A DNA stretch of 64,000 nucleotides from an uncultured Candidatus Rokubacteria bacterium. Lineage in GTDB: Bacteria > Methylomirabilota > Methylomirabilia > Rokubacteriales > CSP1-6. Position 1 is the stretch's first letter; every line of letters begins with the position of its first letter. The stretch is taken from positions 1-64,000 of the forward strand of contig CAVVEU010000015.1 of assembly GCA_963747235.1 (NCBI GenBank), in the 5' to 3' direction. The translations under genes were made by a program, and so were the position numbers. The notes beneath the pieces are model-generated. The model saw only the letters and a list, made by a program, of their open reading frames with translations. It was not told where the DNA came from and searched no databases. This document shows, one piece after another, positions 21,747 to 32,716 of this stretch.

Positions 21747-21832
21747 AGTGGTGGCTCCTCCTCGGGTTCGCACTGCATCTGGGCTCCGTCTGGATACCGC
21801 GGCGGGCGACGGAGGCCGCTCGCGGTGCGTCA

Positions 21833-21861
21833 TTTATAGGGGTTTCCCCGCACCCTGTCAA
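21833..21861 (-). promoter_or_regulatory. sigma70-type promoter for the ABC operon
   Basis: Minus strand TTGACA-17 nt-TATAAA. Confidence 0.65.
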
Positions 21862-21911
21862 GCTGGGCCGCCGGTGGCGAACCTGTGCCAAACATGACAG
21901 AATCCAGCGCC

Positions 21912-23101
21912 ATGAGCCCCACAGCGGACATCGTCATCATCGGCGGCGGCGCGAACGGCACGAGCACCGCGTTTCACCTGGCCCGCATGGGCGCGAAGAA
22001 CGTCCGCCTGCTGGAGCGCCGCCACCTGGCGGCCGGCGCCACCGGCAAGTCCGGGCGCCCTCGTGCGCATGCACTACACCAACGAGCACGAGTCGCGCCT
22101 CGCCATCGAGAGCCTCAAGATCTTCCGCGAGTTCTCGGCGATCGTGGGCGGCGACTGCGGCTTCGAGACACCGGGCTTCCTGCAGATCGTGCCGCCGGGC
22201 TACGAGGCGGCCCTGCGCCGCAACCTGGCCCGTCAACAGCGACTCGGCGTAGACACTCGAGAGGTCTCGCGCGACGACGTCCGCGAGCTCTTCCCCGAGT
22301 GCCGCGTGGACGACATCGGCGCCGCCGCCTGGGAGCCGGGCTCCGGCTACGCCGACCCGAGCGCCACCGCGTTCGCCTTCGCCGCCGCCGCGCAGCGCCT
22401 GGGCGTCACCATCGAGAACGGCTGCCACGTCACCCGCATCCTGACCGAGGGCGGCCGCGTCACCGGCGTCGAGACCGCGGGCGGGCGCGTGGAGGCCCCG
22501 GTGGTCGTGCTGGTGCCGGGCGCGTGGGGCCAGCCGCTCCTCGATCCGCTCGGCCTCGACTATGGTCTCCAGCCCTTCCGCATCCAGGTCTCGCTCTTCC
22601 GCTGGCCGCCCACGCTCACCCGCAAGCACCCGGTGGTGATCGACGCGGGCCAGAAGGCGTGGATCCGCCCGGTGGACGGCAACCTGAGCCTGATCGGCGT
22701 CGAGCTGGGCGCGGCCTACGGCGGCGACCCGGACAAGCTGCACGAGGGCGTGGACGAGGGCTACGTGGCGCTCTGCCGCGAGCGGCTCGAGCCACCGCCT
22801 GCCGCTCTTCGCCGACTCCACGATGCGCGGCGGCTGGGCCGGCATGATCATGATGAGCCCCGACGGCCGCCCGATCATCGACCAGATCCCGTCGATCCCC
22901 GGCCTCTACGTGATGCTGGGCGACTCCGGCACGTCCTTCAAGACCTCCCCCGCCATCGGCAAGTGCCTCGCGGAGTGGATCCTCGAGGGCAAGCCGCGCA
23001 CCGTCGACCTCACCCCGTTCCGCGCCGCCCGCTTCGCCGAGGGCCGCCCCTGGGTGGACGACGACAACTACGGCCGCGAGCGCCTCACCATCTCGCGCTA
23101 G
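21912..23101 (+). CDS. FAD-dependent oxidoreductase (DAO / sarcosine oxidase beta family); indels near 22055 and 22790
   Basis: IIGGGANG, GATGKS, SPDGRPII and SGTSFKTSPAIG motifs. Confidence 0.85.
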
Positions 23102-24217
23102 CTCCGGAGCCCGACGACGTTGAACGCGGGAACGGGCCGGAGCAGCCCCTTGAGCGTGAGCGAGCCGATCTCCTCGAGGTCGGCCAGCATCCTCGACGGT
23201 CGAGGCGACCCGCTGGGCGACCAGGATCTGGCCGCCCTTGGCCTCGCCGCAGAGCCGCGCGGCCAGGTTCGTGACCGTCCCGATGGCGCCGTAGTCCCAG
23301 CGCCCCTCGAAGCCGATGGCGCCGATCGTGGCGTACCCCTGGGCGATCCCCAGCGCCGAAGGCGAGATCGTAGCCGCGCTTTCGCCAGCCGACGGCCAGA
23401 TCGTCCACCCGCGCCCGCATCGCCACCGCCATCCGGACCGCGCGCTCGCCCGGATTCGGAACCGGCACCGGGTCGTTGAAGAAGATCATCATCCCGTCGC
23501 CGGTGAACCGCTCGAGCGTCCCCTCGTGGTCCAGGATCAGCTCGCCCCATCTCGGCGTGGTACTCCCGGAGGACCCCCATCACCTCCTCGGGCTCGGCCG
23601 TCTCGGCGAAGGCGGTGAATCCGCGGAGGTCGAGGAACACGACCGTCACCTCGCGGCGATGCGACTTCAGCGGGTCCTCGGCCCCTCCCCCGACGATCAG
23701 CTCGGCGAGCTGGGGCGAGAAGAAGCGCTTGAGCCGCCCGAGCCGCTCGAGCTGCCCGACCTGCTCCTCGACGCGGCGCTCGAGGGTCTTGTTCCACTCG
23801 GCCCGCTCGGCCGCCAGGGCCTCCACGGTGTCGTGCAGATTCTTGATCCGCAGCATGGACTTCACCCGGGCGACCAGCGCGGGCTGGTCCACCGGCTTGG
23901 TCAGGTACTCGTCGCCGCCCGCCTCGAGGCCCGCCACGACGTCCGTGGGATCCGACTTCGCCGTGACCATGATGATCGGGATGAAGGGCAGCGACGCGTC
24001 GGCCCGCAGGCGCCGGCAGACCTCGATCCCGTCCATCTTCGGCATCATGACGTCGAGCAGGATCAGGTCCGGCTGCAGTCTCCTTGACCGCGGCGAGCGC
24101 CGCCTCGCCGTCGGTCGCGGTGACGATGTCGTACCCGTGGGCGGCCAGGCGCGCCTGGAGGATGTGCACGTTGGCCGGCGTGTCGTCGACGATCAGGATC
24201 CGCGGCGGCGTTCTCAC
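23098..24217 (-). CDS. Response-regulator receiver fused to a class III nucleotide cyclase; indels
   Basis: ILIVDD, MMPKMDG, YLTKP (receiver); FLDLRGFT, ERFTGDG, YGAIGTVTNLAARL and LKG (cyclase). Confidence 0.88.
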
Positions 24218-24234
24218 CTTGAGGTCTCCCGTCG

Positions 24235-24600
24235 CTACGCGAGGAACTCCCGGACCTTGGCCAGGAGCTCGCGCGGGACGAATGGCTTGGTGACATAGGC
24301 GTCGCAGCCCGCCTCGAACGCCTTCACGTCGTCGCCGCTGAGCGCGTAGGACGTGACCACGATGATCGGGATGTGCCGGAGCGCGGGATTGCCCTTGATC
24401 CGCCGTGTCGCCTCGTACCCGTCGAGCCCCGGGAGCTGGATGTCCATGAGGATCAGGTCCGGGCGCTCCTTCTCCGCCGTCGCCACCCCTTCCTCGCCGG
24501 TGACGGCCTCGATCATCTCGATGCCGGCGCTCGTCAGGAGGAGGCGCAGGATGCGCCGGTTCTCCTCGTGGTCCTCGATGACCAGGACACGCTTGCTCAT
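24235..24600 (-). CDS. Single-domain response regulator (DivK-like)
   Basis: MSKRVLVIEDH...DLILMDIQLPGLDG...YVTKPF. Confidence 0.9.
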   Translation of the reverse strand: MSKRVLVIEDHEENRRILRLLLTSAGIEMIEAVTGEEGVATAEKERPDLILMDIQLPGLDGYEATRRIKGNPALRHIPIIVVTSYALSGDDVKAFEAGCDAYVTKPFVPRELLAKVREFLA

Positions 24601-27600
24601 GCTCTCTCCGCCGGCCGCTCCACCCGCAGCGGCACCGTGAAATAGAACGTCGACCCCTTGCCGAGAACCGATTCCACCCACAGGCGCCCGCCGTGCAGCT
24701 CCACGATCCGCCGGGAGATCGAGAGCCCGAGGCCGCTGCCTCCCTTCGCGCGGGTGCTCGAGCTGTCGGCCTGCTGGAACTCCTCGAAGATCCTCTGCTG
24801 GTCGGCCTCGGAGATCCCGGGGCCGGTGTCCGACACCGAGACGAGGAAGGCGCCGTCGGTCGCCCGCGCCTCGATCGAGACCTCGCCCGCGTCGGTGAAC
24901 TTGATCGCGTTGCCGGCCAGGTTCAGCAGCACCTGGGTGAGCCGCCGCTCGTCGCCGCGGCCCGGGGGCAGATCGGCGGGGACGATGGCCTTGAAGGCGA
25001 GCTTCTTCCCGGCGGCGAGGGACTCCACCGCCGAGACCACCGCGTGCACGACCTCCCCCATGGCGTAGTCGCCGAGCGAGAGCGTGAGCTGGCCCGCCTC
25101 CATCCTGGAGAGATCGAGCACGTCGTTGATCAGGCTCGAGGAGGTGGTGCCCGTTGGTCTTGACCCGCTCGAGGGTCTCGCGGATCGGCGCGGGCACGTC
25201 GCCGAAGATGTCGTCCAGGATGAGGTCGGTATAGCCCAGCACCGCGTTCATCGGCGTGCGCAGCTCGTGGCTCATGTTGGCGAGGAACTGCGACTTGTGC
25301 TTGCTCGCGAGCTCGAGCTGCTGGCTCTTCTCCTGGATCTCCTGGAACAGCCGCGCGTTCTCGACGGCGACCGCCGCCTGCGCGGCGAAGGTATGCAGCA
25401 GGTCGACGGTGTGGGCCGGAATCGGCGCCCGGCTCACGCGGTTGTCCGCGCTGAGAACGCCCACGGTGCGCCCGCGGGCGATCATGGGGCTGACGAGAAA
25501 CGCCTTGAGCCGCAGGGCGGCAATCGCCGAGTAGGGAGGGCGCAGTCGATACTTCTCCGGCAGCGGGTGCGCCTCGCTGAAAAGCAGCGGCTCGCCGTCG
25601 CGGTAGACGGCCGCCAGCGCGCCCGCCTCGCCGAGGGGTATCGTCACGCCGACCAGATCTCGCCAGTCGCTCTCGCTGAGCCCGGCCCCCGCGCTGACCA
25701 TGAGCCCGTCGGCCGCCGGGCTGAGCGTCCAGATGTAGAGGTGGTCGAGGCCGACCACCTGGCGCGCGGCGTCGAGGACGCGCGTGAGCTGCTCCGCGAG
25801 GGACAGCGGCTCCTGGAGCGCCGTCGAGAGGCGGGAGAGCTGCTCCTGGTTGCGCGAGAGCTCCTCGAGGGCCCGGCTCTTCTCGTCGATCTCCCGGAAG
25901 AGCCGCGCATTCTGGATGGCGATGACCGACTGGGTCGCGAAGGTCTGGAGCAGGTCCACGATCGGCTTCGGGAACGCCCCCGCCACCTTCCGCCGGACCA
26001 CCAGCCCACCGATCACGCGGCTCCTCGCGCAGGAGCGGGACGGCGAGGAGCGCGCGGTACCCCGCCTCGAGCAGGAAGGGCAGCGCGTAGTGCGGCTCGC
26101 TGCTCGAGGTCGGGGATCTGGAACGGCGGCGCGCGTCGCCGCCGCCTGCCCGACCGCGCTCTCGCCGACGCCGGATGTGCGACTGGCGGAGGGCCTCGAT
26201 CAGCTCCTCGGCCATGCCGTAGTTCGCCCGGGGCACGAACACCTGCGTCGGCCTCGTCGAACTCGTAGATGGTGCCGGCGTCGGTGCTGCGAGAGCTCGA
26301 CCGCGTGCGAGACGATGCTGGTGAGGACGGACTGGATGTCCAGGCTCCCGCTGACCGCCTGCCCCACCTCGCCGAGCGCCCGGAGCTCGTCGACCGAGCG
26401 GGTCAGCTCCTGCGTCCGCTCCTGCAGCTCCTTGAACAGCCGCACGTTCTCGATGGCGATGACCGCCTGGTCGGCGAAGGTCTGGAGCAGGGCGATCTGC
26501 TTGTCGGAGAATGGGTTGACTTCGGTGCGGCGGAGCTGGATCACGCCGATCGCCGCGCCCTCCCGCATCAGCGGAACGCTCAGGGTCGTCCGGTGCCCCA
26601 GTTCCCTGGCGCGCGCGCTGACCTTCTGGAAAGTCGTGCTGCCTCGGCCTGAAGGTCGGCCACATGGATGGCCCGCCGCTCGAGTAGCGCGCGTCCCGCG
26701 ACCGTTCCGCGCACCAGCGGCACAGAGACGCCCTCCGGGTTGGAGAATCGGCCCGTGGTGGGCACCCATCCGCAGGCTGTCCCCTTCGGGGAGAAAGATG
26801 ACCGCGTCATAGGCCCCGCACAATCGCGTGGCGCTCCTGACCAGCGCGTCCAGCACGGGCTCGATGTCGGTCGGCGAGCTGCTGATCACCCGCAGGATCT
26901 CGCTGGTCGCCGTCTGCTGCTCGAGCGCCTCGGTCAGGTCGCGGTTGGCGTCGCCCAGCTCTCGCGTGCGTGCCTCGACCTTCTGCTCCAGGCCCTCGTA
27001 GGACTCCTTGAGGCTGGCCGTCATGCGGTTGAACGACCCCGCGAGGGCCTCGATCTCGTCGCCGGTGTGCAGCTCGATCGGCTGGTCGAGCCTCCCGGCG
27101 CCGATTCGCGCCGCGCCTTCCTGGAGCACCCGGATCGGCGCGACCATTCGCCGGGCGAGGAAGAGGCTCGCCAGGATCGAGAGCCCGAGACCCAGCACGA
27201 AGATGACGGCGCTCCGGATGATCGGCGCCCGGAGGGGAGCGTAGGCGTCCGCGGCCGGCCGTTCGACGAAGACGAGCCACCCGAGGGGAGCGATGGCCGC
27301 GTGCGCCGCGAGGACCCGCCCGCCGCCGAGGCCGTCGGCGACCACGGCGACCGGGGCGTCTGCCGTGGGGCCCGAGCGTTCGGCCCGCGCTGACTTCACC
27401 TGGACGAGTCCCGAGACGTCCCGCTTCTCTCGCAGCAGCCGAGCTGTCCGGATGGGCGACGAGCTGGTTCCGGGAATCCACCACGTAGGCGTAGCCGCCC
27501 GGGCCGACCTCGATCTGGGAGACGATCTTCAGGACGGCGCCGAGGCTGACCTCCGCCGTGGTCACCTCGACGGCGTACTTGCCGACGCGGCACGGCCAGC

Positions 27601-28139
27601 GTCACGTACGGCTCCGAGTCGTTCTTGAGGTAGACGGGACTCCAGTACGTCTTGCCCGCTCGCGCCTCGAGGAACTTGGGCGCCTTGGAGAAGTCTTCCT
27701 GGCTGCCGACGACATCCGGCTCCAGACGAGAGACGCGAAGCTGCTCCTTGCCGGCCAGGTCGAGGTGGCTCAGCTCGCTGACGGCGGGGACATTGCGAAG
27801 GACCCGCAGGAAATCGAGCTCGCGCTGCTCCGCCAGCGCCGCCCCCAGACCCTGGCGAAATCCGAGCTTCCCCTGCCCCACCTGGCTCGCGTCGGGATCG
27901 TCGGACGCGGTCCGGGTCGTCTCGCGCACCTGCTGCTCGATCTCCTTCAGAAACTGCTCGATCCCGACCGCCGCCGCCACCGCCTTCGCGCGCTCGACCC
28001 GGACGATCGCGACCTGGGTCTCCCGGTAGGAGAAGTAGAGCTCGACCAGGCTCGACGCCATCAGCACGCCGCCGACCAGCACGAGCAGGACGACGACGTA
28101 CTTGCGGAAGAGCCGCCCGCGCGTCCCGAGGATCTTCAT
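24597..28139 (-). CDS. Sensor histidine kinase TM-Cache-TM-HAMP-GAFx3-HisKA-HATPase; many indels
   Basis: Pieces across ORFs: YWSPVY and GYAYVVD (Cache), DEIEALAGSFNRM (HAMP), three (T)FAxQ..IAIEN-type GAF ends, SHELRTP, NAIKFT, GSGLGL. Confidence 0.88.
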
Positions 28140-29112
28140 CGCCGGAAGGCGTCGGCGCGGAGCAGGATCTTTCGCGGCACGGTGAGGCCGAGCAGCGTCC
28201 GCGGTCTTGAGGTTCACGGCGAGATCGATCTTCTCGGCGCCTTCGACGGGCAGGTCCTGAGGCCGGGCGCCCCGCCGGATCTTGGCGACCAGCGCGGCGG
28301 CCTGGACCCCCTGGGCGTAGTAGTCGGGACCGTACGACATGAGACCACCATAGCCGACCCAGAGCGCCGTCCCGAAGACGGCCGGGACGCGCAGGGCAAG
28401 CGACTGCTCGATGATCGCGATGGCGAGATCCGGGTTCGAGCCCTCCGGCGCGAGCACGGCGTCGTCGCGCCGGACCTCGCGGAGCACCCGCCTCAGCTCG
28501 TTCGCGTCGAGCACACCCTTCGGCACGACCTCGAGCTTCATGCGCTGCGCCACCTCGAGCGCCTTCTGGATCATGGGCATGGTGCTCAGGTCGACGCCGT
28601 AGTAGATGAGCCAGACCCGGCGGACGGCCGGAGCGAGCGTCTTGAGAACTTCCAGGCGCTTCGCCACGAGCTCGGTCTGGAGGCTCGAGACACCCGTCAC
28701 GTTGCCGCCGGGCTGGGCGAGCGTGCCCGACGATGCCGGCGCCCACCGGGTCGCCCACCAGGGTGAACACGATCGGGCACGCTCTTCGTCGCGTCCTTCG
28801 CGGCCTGGGTGGCCGCTTCCTGGCTCGTGAAGATCAGGTCGACACCCGCCTGACGAGGGCGACGGCGGCCGCGGGCATCGCGTCCAGCTTCCCTTCGGTG
28901 AAGCGAATGTCGAACGTCACGTCGCGCCCGTCCTCGACGCCGAGCTCCTTGAGCCCGGCCTTGAGTCCCTCGACGGTCGGATGGCTCGCCGCCCACGCCG
29001 CGTTGAGGACACCGATCCGGAACGGGCGCGGAGCCTGCTGCGCCTCGGCCGATTGAGCGGGCAGCCAAAGAAGAATCGCCACCGCGATCGAGAAGGACCG
29101 AGGCATCGGCAT
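28136..29112 (-). CDS. ABC-type substrate-binding protein (ABC_sub_bind-like); indels
   Basis: FRIGVL, DPVGAGIV, KRLEVLK, GGLMSYGPD, GARPQDLPVE and VNLKTA motifs; stop overlaps the kinase ATG. Confidence 0.82.
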
Positions 29113-29114
29113 GG

Positions 29115-30215
29115 CTACCCGGACACGAACTGATGGTAGGCGCCCTCGGCCACGTGGTCCCAGGGGCCCACCAGCGCCTGGAACTTCGTGAAGGACGCGT
29201 GCACCTTCTTCGCCATCGGGGTCTTCTCGGATTCTTCCCTGACAACCTCGGCCGACAGCTTCTTGAGATCGCGCAGCACCGGCACGGGGAGCTGGAGCAC
29301 CTCGACCTTGCCCTTGAACTCGGTCCTGAGCCGCTCGAGCGCGATGGCGTTCTTCAGGTGGAAGTCCGTGAGGCCATAGACTTGCACCGCGGCGGTGGCA
29401 TGATCGAGCGTCCGCTGCAGATCGATCGGGAGCGCCTCGTACGCCTTCTTGTTGAAGCCGAACATCGTCGCGTTGCCGGGTTCATGCCAGCCCGGGTAGT
29501 AGTAGTAGCGGGCGGTCCTGTGGAGACCCAGCTTCATGTCGTCGTACGGGCCGATCCATTCGGCGGCGTCGATCACGCCCCGCTCGAGCGCGGAGTAGAT
29601 GTCGGCGGCCGGGAGTGAGCACCACCGTGCCGCCCGCCTTCGCGTAGACCTCTACCGCCCAGGCCCGTGCCGATGCGCATCTTGAGTCCCTTGTAGTCGG
29701 CGATCGTGTTGATCTTCTTCCTGAACCATCCGGCCATCTGTGGAGCCGCCGCCGTGGCGGGGCGCGGCACGAGGTCGAAGGCGGCGTACGTCTCCTCCCA
29801 GAGCTCTGAGCCCGTCGCCCTGGTAGTACCAGGCCGCCATGCCCTCGGGATTCATGCCGAACGGGACGGTCGTGAACCACTCGAACGCGGGCTCCTTCGC
29901 GGTCCAGTAGTATGCGGAGGCCATGAACGCCTCGATGGTGCCCTTCGAGGCGGCCTCGAAGCACTCGAGCGGCGGCATGATCTGGCCGCCCGGAAAGACC
30001 TCGATCCGGAACCGCCCGCCGCTCATCTCCTCGACGACCTTCGCCAGCCGCTGGGCCACGCCCTGCAAGTGGTCGAGCGCCGGGGTCCAGGCCGTGGACA
30101 TGCGCCACTGGACCTTCGGCTGCGCGATGACGTTGGGGGCATCGACGATGGCGCCAGCGGCCGCGGCCGCCATCACACCGCCCGCCTTCACGATGAACCT
30201 GCGTCGCTCGGTCAT
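29115..30215 (-). CDS. TRAP substrate-binding protein DctP (TakP-like), copy A; indels
   Basis: Tat signal TERRRFI; WRMSTAW, GLKMRI, DAAEWIGPYDD and YYYPGWHEP motifs. Confidence 0.88.
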
Positions 30216-30226
30216 CACGCCCATCC

Positions 30227-31329
30227 TCACCCCGCCACGAACTGATGGTAGGCGCCTTCGGCGACGTGATCCCAGCGGCCCACCAGCGCCTGGAACTTCG
30301 TGAACGACGCGTGCACCTTCCGGGCCATGGGGGTCTTCTCGGACTCTTCCCTGACGACCTCGGCCGCCAGCTTCTTGAGATCGCGCAGCACCGGCACCGG
30401 GAGCTGGATCAGTTCGACCTTGTCCTTGAACTCGGTCTTGAGTCGTCCGAGCGCGATCGCGTTCTTCGCGTGGAAGTCGGCGAGCCCGTAGACCTGCACT
30501 GCCGCGACGGCATGATCGAGCGTCCGCTGCAGATCGACCGGGAGCGCCTCGTAGGCCTTCTTGTTGAAGCTGAACTCCGTCATGCTGCCGGGCTCATGCC
30601 AGCCCGGGTAGTAGTAGTAACGCGCGGTCTTGATGGAGGCCCAACTTCATGTCGTCGTGCGGCCCGACCCATTCGGCGGCGTCGATCACGCCCCGCTCGA
30701 AGGCACCGTAGATCTCGGAGCCCGGAATCAGTACCGCCGTGCCGCCCGCTCTCGCGTAGACCTTGCCGCCGAGAGGCACGCCGATGCGCATCTTGAGTCC
30801 CTTGTAGTCGCCGATCGTGGTGATCTTCTTTCGGAACCATCCGGCCATCTGGGGGCCGTACGTGGTGCCTGGGCGCGGCACGAGATTGAAGGGGGCGTAC
30901 ACCTCTTCCCAGAGCTTGAGCCCGTCGCCCTGGTGGTACCAGGCAGCCATGCCCTCGGGGTTCATGCCGAACGGGATGGTCGTGAACCACTCGAGCGCCG
31001 GCTCCTTGGCGGTCCAGTAGGACGCCGAGGCCATGAACGCCTCGATGGTGCCCTTCGAGGCCGCGTCGAAGCACTCGAGCGGCGGCATGATCTGGCCGCC
31101 GGGGAAGACCTCGATCCGGAACCGTCCGCCGCTCATCTCTTCGACGACCTTCGCCAACCGCTGGGCCGCGCCGTTGCAGGTGATCGAGCACCGGGGTCCA
31201 GGCCGTCGACATGCGCCACTGGACCTTCGGCTGGGCGATGACGTTGGGGGCGTCGATGATGGCCGTCGCGGCGGCGGCCGCCATCACCCCGCCTGCCGTC
31301 GCGATGAACCTGCGTCGTTCGGTCGTCAC
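30227..31329 (-). CDS. TRAP substrate-binding protein DctP (TakP-like), copy B; indels
   Basis: Same motifs as copy A. Confidence 0.88.
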
Positions 31330-31339
31330 GTTGCCCTCC

Positions 31340-32435
31340 TCATCCTGCTACGAGCTGATGATAGGCACCTTCGGCGACGTGGTCCCACGGGCCCACCAAC
31401 GCCTGGAACTTCGTGAAGGACGCGTGCACCTTCCTGGCCATGGGAGTCTTCTCGGATTCTTCTCTGACGACCTCGGCCGCCAGCTTCTTGAGATCGCGCA
31501 GCACCGGCGCCGGGAGCTGGATCAGCTCGACCTTGCCCTTGAACTCGGTCTTGAGTCGTCCGAGCGCGATCGCGTTCTTGGCGTGGAAGTCCATGAGGCC
31601 ATAGACGTGCACCGCGGCGGCGGCATGGTCGAGCGTCCGCTGCAGATCGATCGGGAGCGCCTCGTACGCTTTCTTGTTGAAGCCGAACTCGTCCGTGGTA
31701 CCGGGCTCGTGCCAGCCCGGGTAGTAGTAGTACCGCGCGGTCTTGTGGAGGCCCAGGTTCATGTCGTCATGCGGCCCGATCCATTCAGCGGCGTCGACGA
31801 CGCCCCGCTCGAGCGCCGGATAGATCTCGGCGGCGGGGATGAGAGCCGCCGTGCCGCCCGCCCGGGCGATGACCTTGCCGCCGAGGTTCACGATGCGCAT
31901 CTTGAGTCCCTGGTAGTCGCCGATCGTATTGATCTTCTTCCGGAACCATCCGCCCATCTGCGGGGCGTTCGAGAGGGCGGGGCGCGGCACCAGGTTGAAG
32001 GGGGCGTAGGCCTCCTCCCAGAGCTTGAGCCCGTCACCCTGGTAGAAGCCAAGCCATCATGCCCTCGGGGTTCATCCCGAACGGGATGGTCGCGAACCAC
32101 TCGACCGCGGGCTCCCTCGCCGCCCAGTAGGACGAGACGGCCATGAAGGCCTCGACCGTGCCCTTGGAGGTGGCGTCGAAGCAGCCCAACGCCGGCATGA
32201 TCTGGTCGCCCGCGAAGACCTCGATCCGGAACCGCCCGCCGCTCATCTCGTCGACGATCTTCGCGAAGCGCTGGGCGGAGCCCTGGAGGACGTCGAGCGC
32301 CGGGGTCCAGGCGGTGGACATCCGCCACTGGACCTTCGGCTGCGCGATGACGTTGGGGGCATCGACGATGGCACCTGCAGTTGCGGCCGCCATCATCCCG
32401 CCTGCCGTCACAATGAACCTGCGTCGTTCCGTCAT
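31340..32435 (-). CDS. TRAP substrate-binding protein DctP (TakP-like), copy C; indel near 32045
   Basis: Same motifs as copy A. Confidence 0.88.
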
Positions 32436-32448
32436 CGCGCTGCCCTCC

Positions 32449-32589
32449 TCACCCGGCGACGAACTGGTGGTAGGCACCTTCGGCCACGCGATCCCAGAGC
32501 CCTGCCGACGCGTGCTCCTGGGCGATCACGTCGGGAGCGTCAACGATGGCGGCGGCGGGCGCGGCCGGGCGCCGGGCTTGGCCCCTCAC
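32449..32589 (-). pseudogene. Internally deleted relic of a fourth DctP copy (46-codon open frame)
   Basis: Manual translation VRGQARRPAAPAAAIVDAPDVIAQEHASAGLWDRVAEGAYHQFVAG*, which joins the DctP N-terminus to the DctP C-terminus. Confidence 0.75.
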
Positions 32590-32716
32590 TTGTAGCGAGC
32601 GGTCCGCAGAAGTATCACCTTCACGGCACCTCGCCGGCGCGGTCAGGTTCGTGACCCGATCAGGGATGGTCGGTGTCGGTGTGGCCGGGCGAGTATATGC
32701 GGCACGGCCGGACGCG

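Noticed and set aside
29115-32589. CRISPR array or DGR explanation for the repeated segments
   Set aside because: The repeats are whole ~1.1 kb paralogous genes. There are no spacers, cas genes or reverse transcriptase, and the variation is not obviously adenine-restricted.
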